Assembly (NCBI RefSeq): GCF_004010195.1
Contig: NC_057720.1
Span: 35,362,771-35,426,770 of the forward strand
DNA length: 64,000 nucleotides
Origin: Chiloscyllium plagiosum
Taxonomy: Eukaryota
Direction of reading: 5' to 3'
A model generated the notes under the pieces. It saw only the letters and a list, made by a program, of their open reading frames with translations. It ran no database searches and was not told where the DNA came from. Made by a program: the position numbers and the translations under genes. Shown here piece by piece: positions 1 to 12,719 of the stretch; positions within the stretch are counted from its first letter, which is position 1; every line of letters begins with the position of its first letter.

Positions 1-222
1 AGTGATTGCTGGACCTCTTGCTGAGATATTTGTATCATCGATAGTCACAGGTGAGGTGCCGGAAGACTGGAAGTTGGCTAACATGGTGCCACTCTTTAAG
101 AAGGGTAGTAAGGACAAGCCAGGGAACCATAGACCGGTGAGCCTGATGTCGGGGGTGGGCAAGTTGTTGGAGGGAATCCTGAGGGACAGGATGAACATGT
201 ATTTGGAAAGGCAAGGACTGAT

Positions 223-363
223 CAAGTTAAAAATCACACAACACCAGGTTATAGTCCAACAGGTTTAAGTGGAAGCACACTAGCTTTCGGAGTGTCACTC
301 CTTCATCAGGTGATTGTGACAACTTTGTACACCCCAGTCCAACACCGGCATCTCCAAATCAAA
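223..363. mobile_element. Short Penelope-like terminal-repeat-derived insert within the CR1
   Basis: Interrupts the CR1 reading frame; gactgat repeated at 216-222 and 364-370; contains a hammerhead motif. Confidence 0.75.
278..312 (-). ncRNA. Minimal type I hammerhead ribozyme motif
   Basis: Minus strand: cac CUGAUGA A GGAGU-gac-ACUCC GAAA GC UA gug; stem I cac/gug, 5-bp stem II, palindromic AGCU stem III. Confidence 0.7.
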
Positions 364-1665
364 GACTGATTAGGGATAGTCAACATGGCTTTATGCATGG
401 GAAATCATGTCTCACAAACTTGACTCATTTTTCTGAAGAAGTAACAAGGATGATCGATGAGGGCAGAGTGGTAGATGTGATCTATATGGACTTCAGTAAG
501 GCATTCAACAAGGTTCCCCATGGAAGACTGAAAAGCAAGGTTAGATCTCATGGAATAAAGGGAGAAGTGGTCATTTGGATACAGAACTGGCTCAAAGATA
601 GAAGACAGAGGGTGGTGGTGGAGGGTTGTTTTCAGACTGGAGGCCTGTGACCAGTGGACTGCCACAAGGATCGGTGCTGGGTCCTCTACGTTTTGTCATT
701 TACATAAATGATTTGGATGCGAGCGTAATAGGTACAGTTAGTAAGTTTACAGGTGACACCAAAATTGGAAGTGTAGTGGACAGCGAAGAAGGTTACCTCA
801 AATTACAACAGGATCTTGATCAGATGGGCCAATGGACTGAGAAGTGGCAGATGGAGTTTAATTCAGATAAATGCGAGGTGCTGCATTTTGAGAAAGCAAA
901 TCTTAGCAGGACTTATACACTTAATGGTAAGGTCCCAGAGAGTGTTGTTAAACAAAAAGACCTTGGAATATAGGTTCATAGCTCCTTGAAAGTTGAGTCA
1001 TAGGTAGATAGGATAGTGAAGAAGGCTTTTGGTATGCTTTCCTTTCTTGGTCAGAGTATTGAGTACAGGAGTTAGGAGGTTATGTTGCGGCTGTACAGGA
1101 CATTGGTTAGGCCACTGTTGGAATATTGCGTGTAATTCTGATCTCCTTCCTATCGGAAAGATGTTGTGAAACTTGAAAGGCTTCAGAAAAGATTTACAAG
1201 GCTGTTGCCAGGGTTGGAGGATTTGAACTATGGGGAGAGGCTGAACAGGCTGGGGCTGTTTTCCCTGGAGCGTTGGAGGCTGAGGGGTGACTTTATAGAG
1301 GTTTACAACATTATGAGGGGCACGGATAGGATAAATAGACAATGTCTTTTTCCTGGGGTGGGGGAGTCCAGAACTAGAGGGCATAAGTTTAGGGTGAGAC
1401 GGGAAAGATATAAAAGGGAACTAAGAGGCAATCTTTTCACACAGAAGGTGGTACGTGTATGGAATGAGCTGCCAGAGGATGTGGTGGAGGCTGGTACAAT
1501 TGCAACATTTAAGAGGCATTTGGATGGGTATATGAATAGGAAGGGCTTGGAGGGATATGGGCCGGTGCTGGCAGGTGAGACTAGATTGGGTTGGGATATC
1601 TAGTCGGCATAAACGGGTTGGACTGAAGGTTCTGTTTCCATGCTGTGCATCTCTATGACTCTATG

Positions 1666-2541
1666 GCTGCGTTGTCAAATACCAGACTAATGCCATTTAG
1701 AAGTTCACTGATGACACCACCATAGGTTGGTCGAATCTCAGATTGCGATGAAACAGACTACAGACGGGAAGTGGAAGACCTGGAAAAATGGTTCACTGAG
1801 AACAACCTAGCTCTCAATGCCACCAAAACTGAGGAACTCATTATTGACTTTCGGGGGGATGTAACCCATGCCCCCCTACACATTAATAGCAAGAGGTGGA
1901 ATGAGTGGAGAGTGCCAAGTTCCTGGGAGTTGCATCCACAACAAGCTTTCTTGGACTCTCATGTGGATGCACTGGTTACAAAGGTCCAACAATGCCTCTT
2001 TTTCCTCAGGCAGCTGAGGACATTTGTCATGACAGCAAACACCCTTGCCAACTTTTATAGGTGTGCCATCGAGAGCATTCTGTCTGGATGTATCACTACC
2101 TGGTATGGCAACTGTACCAGTCAAGATCAGAGATGGTTACAGAGAGTGGTGAACTTAGCCCAGACAATCACAAGGGCCAACCTCCCATCTATAGAATCTA
2201 CCAGGCCTGCTGTTCAGGAAAGGCAGCCAGCATTCTCAAAGATCCATCCCACCCTAGCAATACTTTTCTACAACCTCTACTATTGGGGAGAAGGTACAGA
2301 ACCCTGAACACGCACACCAGCCAGTTTTGCCACAGTTTCTATCGTACTGTTGTTAGAATACTGAATGGACTCACCAATGCTTAACATTCACCTGTACCTG
2401 TGTTTTTGTTTTTGCGGCTGTTTACCTATTAATTACTATCTATGCTACTTAACTATGTGATCTGCCTGTATTGCTTGCAAGATAAGGCTTTTCACAGTGC
2501 CTTGGTGCACATAACAATAAAATCAATTCAATTCAATTCAG
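1666..2541 (+). mobile_element. Rex1/Babar-like LINE 3' fragment
   Basis: KFTDDTT...EVEDLEKWFTENNLALNATKTEELIIDFR and FYRCAIESILSGCITTWYGN motifs; aataaa followed by an (attca)n tail near 2516-2540. Confidence 0.8.
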
Positions 2542-2805
2542 TTGCATTCTCAGTTTGAGGTTCTGGATGTGGGTTTGCTCACTGAGCTTGAAGTTTCGGT
2601 TTCAGACGTTTCATCACCATACTAGGCAACATCATCAGTGAGCCTCCGGATGAAGCACTGGTGGTATGGCCCACTTTTTATTTACATGTTTACTACATTG
2701 GACAAACAGGCAGAAAACTAGCCACCAGGAACATCAACATCAACTAACCACAAAAAGATATGACCCAATCTCACTCATATCTTTACATACAGATGAGAAG
2801 GACAC

Positions 2806-3091
2806 TATAGAGTCATAGTCATAGAAATATACAGCATGGAAACAGACCATTCGGTCCAACCTGTCCATGCTGACCAGATATCCAAACCCAATCTAGTCCC
2901 ACCTGCCAGCACCTGGCCCATATCCCTCCAAACCCTTCCTATTTAGCTCTCTTTTATATCTCACCCCTTTCTCCCTAAACCTATGCCTTCAAGTTCTGGA
3001 CTCCCCGACCCAGGGAAAAGACTTTGTCTATTTATCCTATCAATGCCGCTCATAATTTTGTAAACCTCTATAAGGTCAGTGCTCAGCCTCC
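2806..3091 (-). mobile_element. CR1 (HER1-like) 3' fragment nested in the Penelope element
   Basis: Reverse complement of the 1-1665 3' end with an internal deletion; gacac on both sides (2801-2805, 3092-3096). Confidence 0.85.
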
Positions 3092-3240
3092 GACACCACT
3101 TTGACTGGGACAACACATCCATCCAAGGACAAGCCAAACAGAGACACGTGCAACAATTGCTAGAAGCATGACATTCCAACCAGAACTCAATCAACAAACA
3201 CATTGACTTGGATTCCATTTACCACCTCCTGAGAAAAAGA

Positions 3241-3294
3241 ACAGGCAATGACATCACCACAGGAAATGACATTGCCACAGGAAATGACATCACC
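3241..3294. repeat. 3 x 18-bp tandem repeat inside the PLE 3' region
   Basis: acaggcaatgacatcacc / acaggaaatgacattgcc / acaggaaatgacatcacc. Confidence 0.85.
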
Positions 3295-3360
3295 AACCCA
3301 AGGAAACCTAAGAACATAAATAAAAAGCGGGCCATACCAGTAGTGCTTCATCCAGAGGCA

Positions 3361-3398
3361 CACTGATGATGTTACCTAGTATGGTGATGAAACGTCTG
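3361..3398 (+). ncRNA. Minimal hammerhead motif in PLE terminal repeat (mirror copy at 2602-2641, minus strand)
   Basis: ca CUGAUGA U GUUACC-uaguau-GGUGAU GAAA C GUC ug. Confidence 0.6.
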
Positions 3399-4489
3399 AA
3401 ACCGAACCTTCCAGTTCAGTGAGCAAACCTACATCCAGTAAGTTAATGCCTTTGGGCTGCTTGTCAGTCAGTTACTGGGGAGCAAGGAAAGGAAGCTCCA
3501 TCCCAAAAAGGTGCTTTCATACAGGCTCCAAGCTGTTATATCTCAGGAGATGTTCAGGGGGCAGAGAGCTGCAGTAGGTGACAGGGTTAGAGCTCAGGTA
3601 ATGTCCTAGGATTTCAGGGGGCTTGGTAGAAGCCATGTGTCATTAAAGGAGCCCACAAGCAGTCTTGACTGTCTACAGCTGAGCAAGGTTAGAGCTCAGA
3701 GAAACATGGCAAAGCTCCTGTCCAAAGTTGAAATTGTGCCTGTGAGTAGATGCTGAAGTGCAATATCCTGAATTCTGGGGAGCACAGTCCTCATTCGGAG
3801 AGTGAACATCTAGAATGTGAGCAGCTGTTGAGACAACCCATGATGGATCAGCCATTGAGGGAGTTCTAGAACCTGGCTCAAAAAAGTGAATAATTTGAAT
3901 GCCTTATAAATGTTTAATGAGATTTGGTGATTCATAGTGTTATTAGTGTTTGAGAGTGGGATGGGGGGCGGGGGGGGGGGGGGGGGGCAAGTTGCTGAGA
4001 AATGCATGGTATACGATCTACCTTGACCACATTTTCTATTTGATCTGCTTCATGGGGTGTTCAATATTTTGTATTTGTTACCCAAATTTACCTCAGGTTA
4101 ATTCTGATTGGATATTGGTATAGCTTTGTTAGTTGTATTACCATTTGAATTCTGTCTAGTCTGTTCTTTGTTCAACATCATGGAAACTTGTGGTGTTACA
4201 TTTAGCAAGTATCTGATGTCAACTTCTAGAGAAAATATTGGTCCCTTGCTGAACTCCTTGAAGATACTCATGTCACGATGCTTGTTATAGACTTTAGTCC
4301 TGGCATTTTACAGTGTAACATTATAATGTTCTTCTTTCTGTGATATCACATTTCTTTTTGCTCAGGAAGTAGCACTTCTACCTCTCGCTTAAGAGATTTG
4401 TTGATTCAAGATCCATTGCTAGGAATCCAAACTGCATAAAAGCAGGCAGCTTTTCCTGTCTGTGCCATCTCAGTAATTCATTAAATTCT

Positions 4490-5135
4490 TTCCCCTGTAA
4501 CTCAGGATTTTATTTTCTCTTCAGATAATTAGACAATTCTCTTTTAAAGACATTGATTGAACCTGTCTACAAACACTCAGAGGCTGTACTTTCCACATCC
4601 TAACCACTCCCTGAGAAAGAAGAAGCCTTTCTCATGTCATTGTTACTACTTTTTCCAATTAACCATAGTGTTCTCTAGCTCTTAGTCCCTCTGCTAATGG
4701 GTGTCAATTTTTCCCTATTCTGTCCAGATCCCACATGGTTTTCAATACTTCCATTAAATCATCTCCAAGGAGAACAGCCTCAGCTCTCCAGCCTACTCTG
4801 GTTTTTAAATTTCCTCATCCTGAGAACCCTTCTAGTAAATCTTTTCTGGACCTTCAGATGCTTTCTGGTCTTCACATGCTTTCTGAAGTTTGTTACTCAA
4901 AATTGAATGCAAACTCCAGTCAAGTTTGAAACAGTATTGTTCATATTTATGCTTTGTATTTGTAACCTTAATTATAAAATCTCATAATTCTGTACATTTT
5001 ATGAAACTGCTTTCTGAACTTGCCCAGCCACCTTTCAAGATCTTTACACATTTGCCCTAAATTTCACATTTCTAACACTCCCTTTAGAATTATACCCTTT
5101 ATTTTACATTGGTTCTTTTTGTTCTTCCTACTAAA
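4490..5135 (-). mobile_element. Old degraded CR1 3' fragment
   Basis: Resembles the reverse complement of the CR1 RT C-terminus and 3' region seen elsewhere in the window; heavily diverged. Confidence 0.55.
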
Positions 5136-5819
5136 GCCCTGAATTTTAGACCCACAGTCGAGGGCAGTATTGAGGTGCCATTTTGTAACTTAAGCATTAA
5201 CTCAGGCCTGGGCAGAATTACTAAACAAGAGATTTTGTTTTTGAATCCTTTGGTAAATGCTACAAGCCACCAATCTTTATTGTAAGATTGGGCTTTCTGT
5301 TCTTCAAGTGGTGGAATTAGAAACTGCAGTTAGAAGATGAAGCCACTTTCTATCCCATGGGAATAGAAAAGAGTCACATTAGCAGTATATTATTATCATC
5401 ACAATGAGAATGAGCAGATGTCTACATAATTAAACAATAGGGCAAGTTTTAAAACCCCCACACGTGGGCACAGGGCATATGAGGGCTAAAAGCTGGACAG
5501 ACGTACCTACTGAGCACTCACTGCAAACCTACTGCCATTTTAACACATCTCAGTTGGCAGAAGGTTACTGCTAATGGCATGCAGGAGCCTCAGGAATCAC
5601 AAATCAAGGTCCTACAATGTAATTAGGACAGCAATGGAACTTTAAAGACAAAACTGAGAAATTTTGTGACTGAAACATGGCAGGATTAGTCCCAGAGGCA
5701 ATTGTAGAAGAATCTAAAGGGACAAGCAACTTACTGGTGCAGCTATCAGTGATATTTGTGTGGCACTGAGCTTGTTTATTGCTTTCTCACTTTGAATATT
5801 ACTTGCTCACCCTCAGTAG

Positions 5820-6340
5820 GTAGACAAGCAGGAGAACACAGCAAGCCAGGCAGTATCAGGAGGTGAAGAAGTCAATGTTTTGGGTGTAAACCTCCTTCAG
5901 TACTATTCGTGGGTGTAAGGAGAGATGCAGATAAAGGGGATGAGGGAGGGTTTTGGGCAGGGAGCGGGGCGGGACGGTGAGGTAGGGATAGGTGAACATA
6001 TATAGAGGGTACAACCTGGTTGGTCGATGGGAGGAACGAATCCGGTTGGCAGCTGGAAGGAATGGTCGGTCAAAGGAATGGAAGGGAGGGGGAGGGCCTG
6101 GGAAGGGAGACGGGGGATGGGAAGGGAGATTATTTGAAATTGGATAACTCAATATTGAGTCCTCAAGACTGTAGGCTGCCCAGATGGAAGATGACGTGTT
6201 GTTCCTCCAATTTCCAGTCTGATTCGTTGTGGCAATGGAGGAGGCCAAGGATGGTCATGTCGGAAAGGGAGTGGGAAGGGGAATTAAAATCAGCGGTGAC
6301 TGGGAGGTCAGGTCGGTCCCTGTAGGCCTGGCTGAGATAA
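5820..6340 (-). mobile_element. Penelope-like element 3' fragment
   Basis: DLPVTADFNSPSHSLSDMTILGLLHC...KLEEQHVIFHLGSLQ; pyrimidine-rich 3' region; terminal repeat with a decayed hammerhead near 5868-5903. Confidence 0.8.
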
Positions 6341-6544
6341 GTAAACACCCTCAGTAAGCGATGAGAAGTTTCTATGGCTCTCACGACTGCCACATTGTAT
6401 GAGGTGGAGGAGATAAACAAAGAACAAATTCAGCAAAAATAACAGCAGCAGCAAGGACTTAAACATTCAGGCAAAACAACAACTGGCAACTGTAGCTCAG
6501 CTTGCAGTACTCTGGTTTCAGAATGTTTCAAGTAGTTCTAGAAG

Positions 6545-6640
6545 GTGGTACTGAGGATGTGCTGTACAGTCAGAGGTGCCATTTTCAGTTACAGCATTAA
6601 ACGGAAATCCTTTCTGCTCCTAGCTTTAAAAGATTCCATC
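6545..6640 (+). mobile_element. Old Deu-domain-like SINE fragment (SacSINE1-like)
   Basis: actgaggatgtgctgtacagtcagaggtgccattttcagttacagcattaaac...aaaagattccat resembles the DeuSINE central domain (from memory, not aligned). Confidence 0.45.
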
Positions 6641-7971
6641 AATTCAAGTGGTTTTAACAAGTTTGTGTGTCAGTACTAGCAACAGCATAATGCTGCAAAT
6701 TTGAAATCATCAACTCACTAAGGAGCTATGGCAAACTGGAAAAAAGTAAATGGATTATTTCTCCCATTGTCTTTCTTATACTGTCTCTTGTCTGTCATAA
6801 CACTTTCTTTCCTTGTTTTCCTTTCAAAGTCTTTTTTTTTATTTACTCCATTTTATAAGTTGGCTGTTTCAGATGGGTTTCACGATTCTGTGTGACAGTG
6901 AAAGTTGCCATTCGATAAAAGAACTTCCTTGCTAATGGTGTTACTTTAAAAGCTGAGTCAATCACAAATCTATAAAGGGACATGGATAAGCACTTTAAAA
7001 AAAATATCTTAAAGGCTACAGAAAAAGTGCAAGGCAACAGGACCAAAGTAAATGGTCCTAATCTGGTGTCAGAGCTAAGAGATGATTAGCCAACTGGCTT
7101 CCTTTTGTGCCAAAATGTCAATTCTGTGTCATTCTCATTTGAAGTGATGCTTGGCAAGGCTTCCTGCTAGACAGATGTATGGGAGCCTGGCACAAAGTGG
7201 TACAATCCTTTTGTTGTGATCATATGCAGGCTGTGCATAAACTAAGTGAAAGCCCATTTCAGTTTGTGGAACTCCTTTGTGATATTTTATGAAGTTCAGT
7301 CAATAGTGCTGTGTACTTGAGGGAAAGCAGCTGTTGCTACAAAGATCACGGCAATTCAGTTTTGCTGCTACCATCCATTTAAAAAAAGAGAATATTTCCT
7401 TTAGAAAATTGTGTACTGGTCAGTACCTCATCATACTTGTGACCAGTGTTAGTAAGATGAGTTCTGTGGTGTGTGTCTTGCAACCTGCAAGGTATTTGTA
7501 TCCGATGTGGCAAAGTTAATCTCTTGTAACATAAGAATGAGATGTGGCTAATATATATTGAAAGATCCAATGGAACATTTATTACAATTCACTGTTACAT
7601 TACAATCACGGACACGTATGTATCTGGGCTAGTAATAGGCCATTAGGCTATAAAGAATAGCATGCTTCCATCGCTGTGTCATACTTTCAGTAGCCTGAGT
7701 TAGGATAAAGTCTGAGATTTTTATATCCTGCAGTCACATGCTAGGATACAGTGACAATATCATGCACATGTCTTAGAGGTTTGCAGACATACTAACGATG
7801 AAACATATCGCAACACTGTACTCAAGTAAGTGAACATTAACAGGCTTTACTGATAATTACTATAAGTAGGAAATGGTGAGGTAGTGTACCTTGGAACCCT
7901 ACAGGCTGGTCTCAGCTCCAAGTGATCTGACATCATTATGATGTAGCTCCTTTGTGCACATACTCAGTAGT

Positions 7972-8930
7972 TATAGAGTCATAGAGATGTACAGCATGGA
8001 AACAGACCCTTCGGTCCAACCCGTCCATGCCGACCAGATATCCCAACCCAATCTAGTCCCACCTGCCAGCACCCGGCCCATATCCCTCCAAATACTTCCT
8101 ATTCATATTCCCATCCAAATGCCTCTTAAATATTGCAATTGTACCAGCCTCCACCACTTCCTATGGCAGCTCATTCCATACACGTATCACTCTCTGTGTG
8201 AAAAAGTTGCCCCGTAGGTCTCTTTTATATCTTGCCCCTCTCACCCTAAACCTATGCCCTCTGGAGTTCTGGACTCCTCCACCCCAGGGAAAAGACTGCC
8301 TATTTACCCTATCCATGCCCCTCATAATTTTGTAAACCTCTATAAGGTCACCCCTCAGCCTCCGATGCTCCAGGGAAAACAGCCCCAGCCTGTTCAGCCT
8401 CTCCCTGTAGCTCAGATTCTCCAACCCTGGCAACATCCTTGTAAATCTTTTCTGAACCCTTTCAGGTTTCACAACATCTTTCCGATAGGAAGGAGACCAG
8501 AATTGCACGCAATATTCCAACAGTGGCTTAACCAATGTCCTGTACAGCCGCAACATGACCTCCCAACTCCTGTACTCAATACTTTGACCAATAAAGGAAA
8601 GCATACCAAACGCCTTCTTCATTATCTTATCTACCTGCAACTCCACTTTCAAGGAGCTATGAACCTGCACTCCAAGGTCTCTTTGTTCAGCAACACTCCC
8701 TAGGACCTTATCATTAAGTGTAGAAGTCCTGCTAAGATTTGCTTTCCCAAAATGCAGCACCTCACATTTATCTGAATTAAACTCCATCTGCCACTTCTCT
8801 GCCCATTGGCCCATCTGGTCAAGATCCTGTTGTAATCTGAGGTAACCCTCTTCATTGTCCACTACACCTCCAATTTTGGTGTCATCTGCAAACTTACTAA
8901 CTGTACCTCTTATGCTCGCATCCAAATCAA
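7972..8930 (-). mobile_element. Young 5'-truncated CR1 (HER1-like)
   Basis: 271-aa ORF (SKFADDTKIGG...WNELP); very similar to 710-1665; tatagagtcatagag tail. Confidence 0.95.
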
Positions 8931-11900
8931 CAAGTTTGTTAACCCTTTTCCTCACCAACCAGAGAAGTGGAAACAAACATGTTATTCCTTACCCAGGCTT
9001 TACATTGCACAAGACAAGCCAACTCAAAGCTACCACAGATTATAGTTAATCAAATAAAGTTTTTTAACCATGATCCATGCTAAATGCTCAGATCTATGGT
9101 CTCTTCATTATACTGAAGAAAAATATCTTTATTTCTGAACAGCGCAGACTGCAGAAAGAGATATAAATGAACAAATAATTAGACTCTAATGACATTGTTC
9201 ACAGAGAGGCAGGGAAAACACAATTTTATCATATTTGGGATGATATGTCAGGTAACAGACAATATATTATCAGGGCTATTGATTTATTATGACTAATAAG
9301 AAGTTGTATTTTGTATTGATTACATTGTACCTTGGAACTTTAATGGCATTTTGGGATCCAGTGCAGCAAGGATATCTTTTCTGTGAAAGTTGTTGGGAAC
9401 AGTTTAACACGTGTCAGGTATCAGCTAATAGAACTGATATTGAATTGAGAAAAGTATAACTCTGTTGTCATTCGATCTCCACTTGCTGTTATTTTAACCA
9501 TATGGTCTGTTTAGGCATTCGAGTTACCCACTGGAAGAAACTTCACTACTATACAGATACTTTGTTTAAAATGTAAACATTTTTGTATCAAAATATTTTC
9601 TAATTTATAAGCATCTGCCATTATTACACTAAAATGGTGCCTGAATCCTATCCAATCATTGCATCACTCCAATATCTGAACTTGTCCAGACATTGGGAAG
9701 ATTTATGTGAGAAACGATTCCTAAGTAACCAATGAATAATGATGCAGTACTTTTCTTTATTTCTTTAATATGGGATACAAAGTACTACTTGTATTATTAC
9801 AGAGATTTCAGATAAGATAGGCAAGATATCTTTAAGAGCAGATACATGATATCATGACATGTGACACTCCATTATAAAGCTTCTCACTTTCATCTTCCTG
9901 CACAATGCAAAGGAGTCAGTGGACAGTCAGTCAGTTATGTAAACATAGAAACAAGAATATGGGGAAGTCTGAGCAATCATAAAAGTATAATTGGTTAATG
10001 TTGTTAATAAATTTCAAGACTGCTGGCACAAAAAGAACCAAGTCTTTGTGATATATGTTGTATGAGTTCACACATACTTAGACCACTTAGCACTTAGACC
10101 TTACCAAACTAGCAGTATTGTTCAACCAAACAAACCACGTCAATATTCTGGTGAAACAACTTACGTACAGAATGGTAAATGGTAATGCTTACCCCCTCCA
10201 ACCTCTTAACCTGATTTCAACTTGGCAATTTTCCCAAGAAGGATAAGCCAATCAGAGTTGCCTTTGCAAATATCATAAAACATGTCCCTGGATTAACTAA
10301 TGGAAGCTTTGGGGTGGAAAGGGAGCAGGAGTAAAATAATGAAAGGAGAAACTTAAATACTCCCAGAAAGGTCTATGCCATTTATTAACTGGCAGAATGA
10401 AAGAACTGCAGAAGGTGGCAAACGTTGTTGAATTCCCATAATTCTTTGTGTTGCCATACACTAAGGTCACTGACACAACTCCTAAAACACTTTTCATTAC
10501 TCGTTTTTTTTCAGTAAAGTTCCTTTTAATTAAGTGTCTGCCTGGTGGCTCATACTCATTTCAATAACTAAGACCTACTCTGACCTAATGTACACCGACT
10601 CGTACATTATTGCTTAATTGGATATGGATTACTAAACAACTACATTTGCTTTGACAAATGAGCCCCACAAGGGTAACAATTACACATTAGCATTTTTTCA
10701 ATACATTCAATAGTTAATTTTCTTCTCATTTTTTCAAGCAAAAATTCAAGATTTTTTTTTCTTTGGCATATTGAAGCAATTAAAATTGATTATTGAAAAC
10801 TAATAAGTATATTTTGGAATCTCAGTATATGTGATTATATTAATGTATTCCAAACATTTCACAATTATAAACTTTATTTTTTGTAGATCAGCTTAGAATC
10901 AAATACCCTGATAAGGTAAAGCCTCCATTTCTGTGTGCTAACTATATTCTTAGATGAAAGCCTCTGAAAACTATAATCCATTTATTGGTGTATTATTCCA
11001 TTTTCCACAATATCCATACTTCTGCCCTTTCTGATTGATAATTCAAGCTCAGCACTGCTGAAAGGCCTCACACTCACTAAGACCAAGCAAATTTATTTCG
11101 TTACACGGTCTTAACAAATAGAAGAAAGTTTTATCATGAATATTAGTTTTAATTCAAAAACAGATGCCAGTGTTGAAAGAATAAGTCACCTCATACATAT
11201 AATGCTGACCAGAAACTGAAGAATGAGGTGTTTTAGCCATAAATTTTAACTTTAAAAAATGCTCAGATGATAGAGTTGAAATTTTTTATCCACATGTTAG
11301 TAGGAATTTCATATGAAACAAAACTTTGGTGAGTTCTGTTGATTCAGTTCCAGGCTCAGTACCCAAAAATGGACAAAACGGGGAAATACTCTTCTAACAT
11401 ATGCAGAAAAAGTGGAAGACTTAGATTAAGAGTTGCCATATATTGGCTATTCAACAAATGCAGCAGAGATCGGACTTACAATCAGACCATTATGTCTGAA
11501 GTGGTTATAAAAGTATTCGTATATTGTTAATGTTCACTAAGAGAAGGCCTCAATTTTCCATGACATGTTTGAAACAAGATAAAACTGTTACTTCTGGTTA
11601 TATGTTCTGATTACGTCCAATGCCCAATTGCATTTTCCTGGAGTACCTTTTGTTTATTAAGCAATGTGAGTAAATGTTGTGAATCCTTCAGCTGAATGCT
11701 CACTTCCACTGGGATGGAGAGAAATCTGCTTCAGCTACGGCCTTGTAGAGATAATCAATGCATTATGGATTACTAGAATTAGAGCACATAGGGAGGAGAA
11801 GTTGAACAGTTTTAACGGATGTATCTTGCAACCAGATCCCTAGCACACCTTCATGAAGGTTGGCAAAAATAAGGCCAAGGAGCTGATGAATAAATGGAAC

Positions 11901-12719
11901 AAAAATTCAAGAAAAAGGTTTTGCACATAATATGGAAGAGATGGTGCAGGCACTCAGTGCCACTTCAACCACCTGATTTAATAGCTTCACCAAGTAAGTC
12001 AAGGTAGGCACAGTTAACTATGATTATCTTGAAATAATTTTGAGGTGTTGCCTGTGCTTTGGATACTTTGACCAGTTTATGTATTAAAAACACCTTACTC
12101 AAGCATTCTTGTCAGTGAGGAGACCAAAGGGACACAGAATTCGGTTTGCGATTCAACTTGATTTTATGAACATAATATTCCTTATCATAACACAAAATGA
12201 GCATTTCCCACATGCCCACAATATTTACTCTCCAACACTGAGATTGCCAGGAAATGTAAAGTGCACCTCCTCAGACACTGGCTGCAGGTCAAGATGACAG
12301 AAAGTCAGATCTAAATTTCTCCAATACACAACCTTTGGGTTGGTTGCAACAGGTTCCTCTGAACCTTAATGATCTTGATTTCCATGATTCTCTGTATCTG
12401 ATGGCTGCTGACTGCTGTTTAATTTAGTATGGCCAATTTTCTGTTAGGCCTGATTTGGTCCTGCTGAGGGTCAATTTAGAATGTGTAATTTTGGGCCCGT
12501 GGTCTTACAGTAGGAATTGTCAGTTGATTGCAGAAGGAAAAGTCATCTTCAGCCATTCAAAAGAGTGACAAATGAATGAGACTATCATTATGTCTCAGAA
12601 ACATCACTAAAATCAGAAATCCTGATTTCAGGAACCTAGTCTTTGGAAGAAGTAAATTTCACATTAAAAAATCCTCACATGCAATCACTGGAGATTTTTT
12701 TTCTTACATTCTTACAGAT

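Larger units (their letters stand above)
1..1665 (+). mobile_element. CR1-clade LINE (HER1-like), 3' part of ORF2 RT plus 3'UTR, disrupted; runs off the window start
   Basis: ORFs give CR1 RT motifs (EDWKLANMVPLFKKG, YMDFSKAFNKVPH, GLPQGSVLGP, KFTGDTK, WNELPE); (ctctatga)n tail at 1651-1665; frameshifts and stops. Confidence 0.95.
2561..3438 (+). mobile_element. Penelope-like element fragment (GIY-YIG C-terminus) bracketed by ~130-bp inverted terminal repeats
   Basis: tacattggacaaacaggcagaaaactagccaccagg = YIGQTGRKLATR; after the nested CR1, HFDWDNTSI...NSINKHIDLDSIY; 2561-2690 is the approximate reverse complement of 3310-3438. Confidence 0.85.

Noticed and set aside
3957..3988. G-run, potential G-quadruplex
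   Set aside because: Simple homopolymer with no supporting context; length may be unreliable
11900..12010. Myb/SANT-like (Harbinger-associated) remnant, 'EEMVQALSATST'
   Set aside because: Too short and degenerate to support without a profile search
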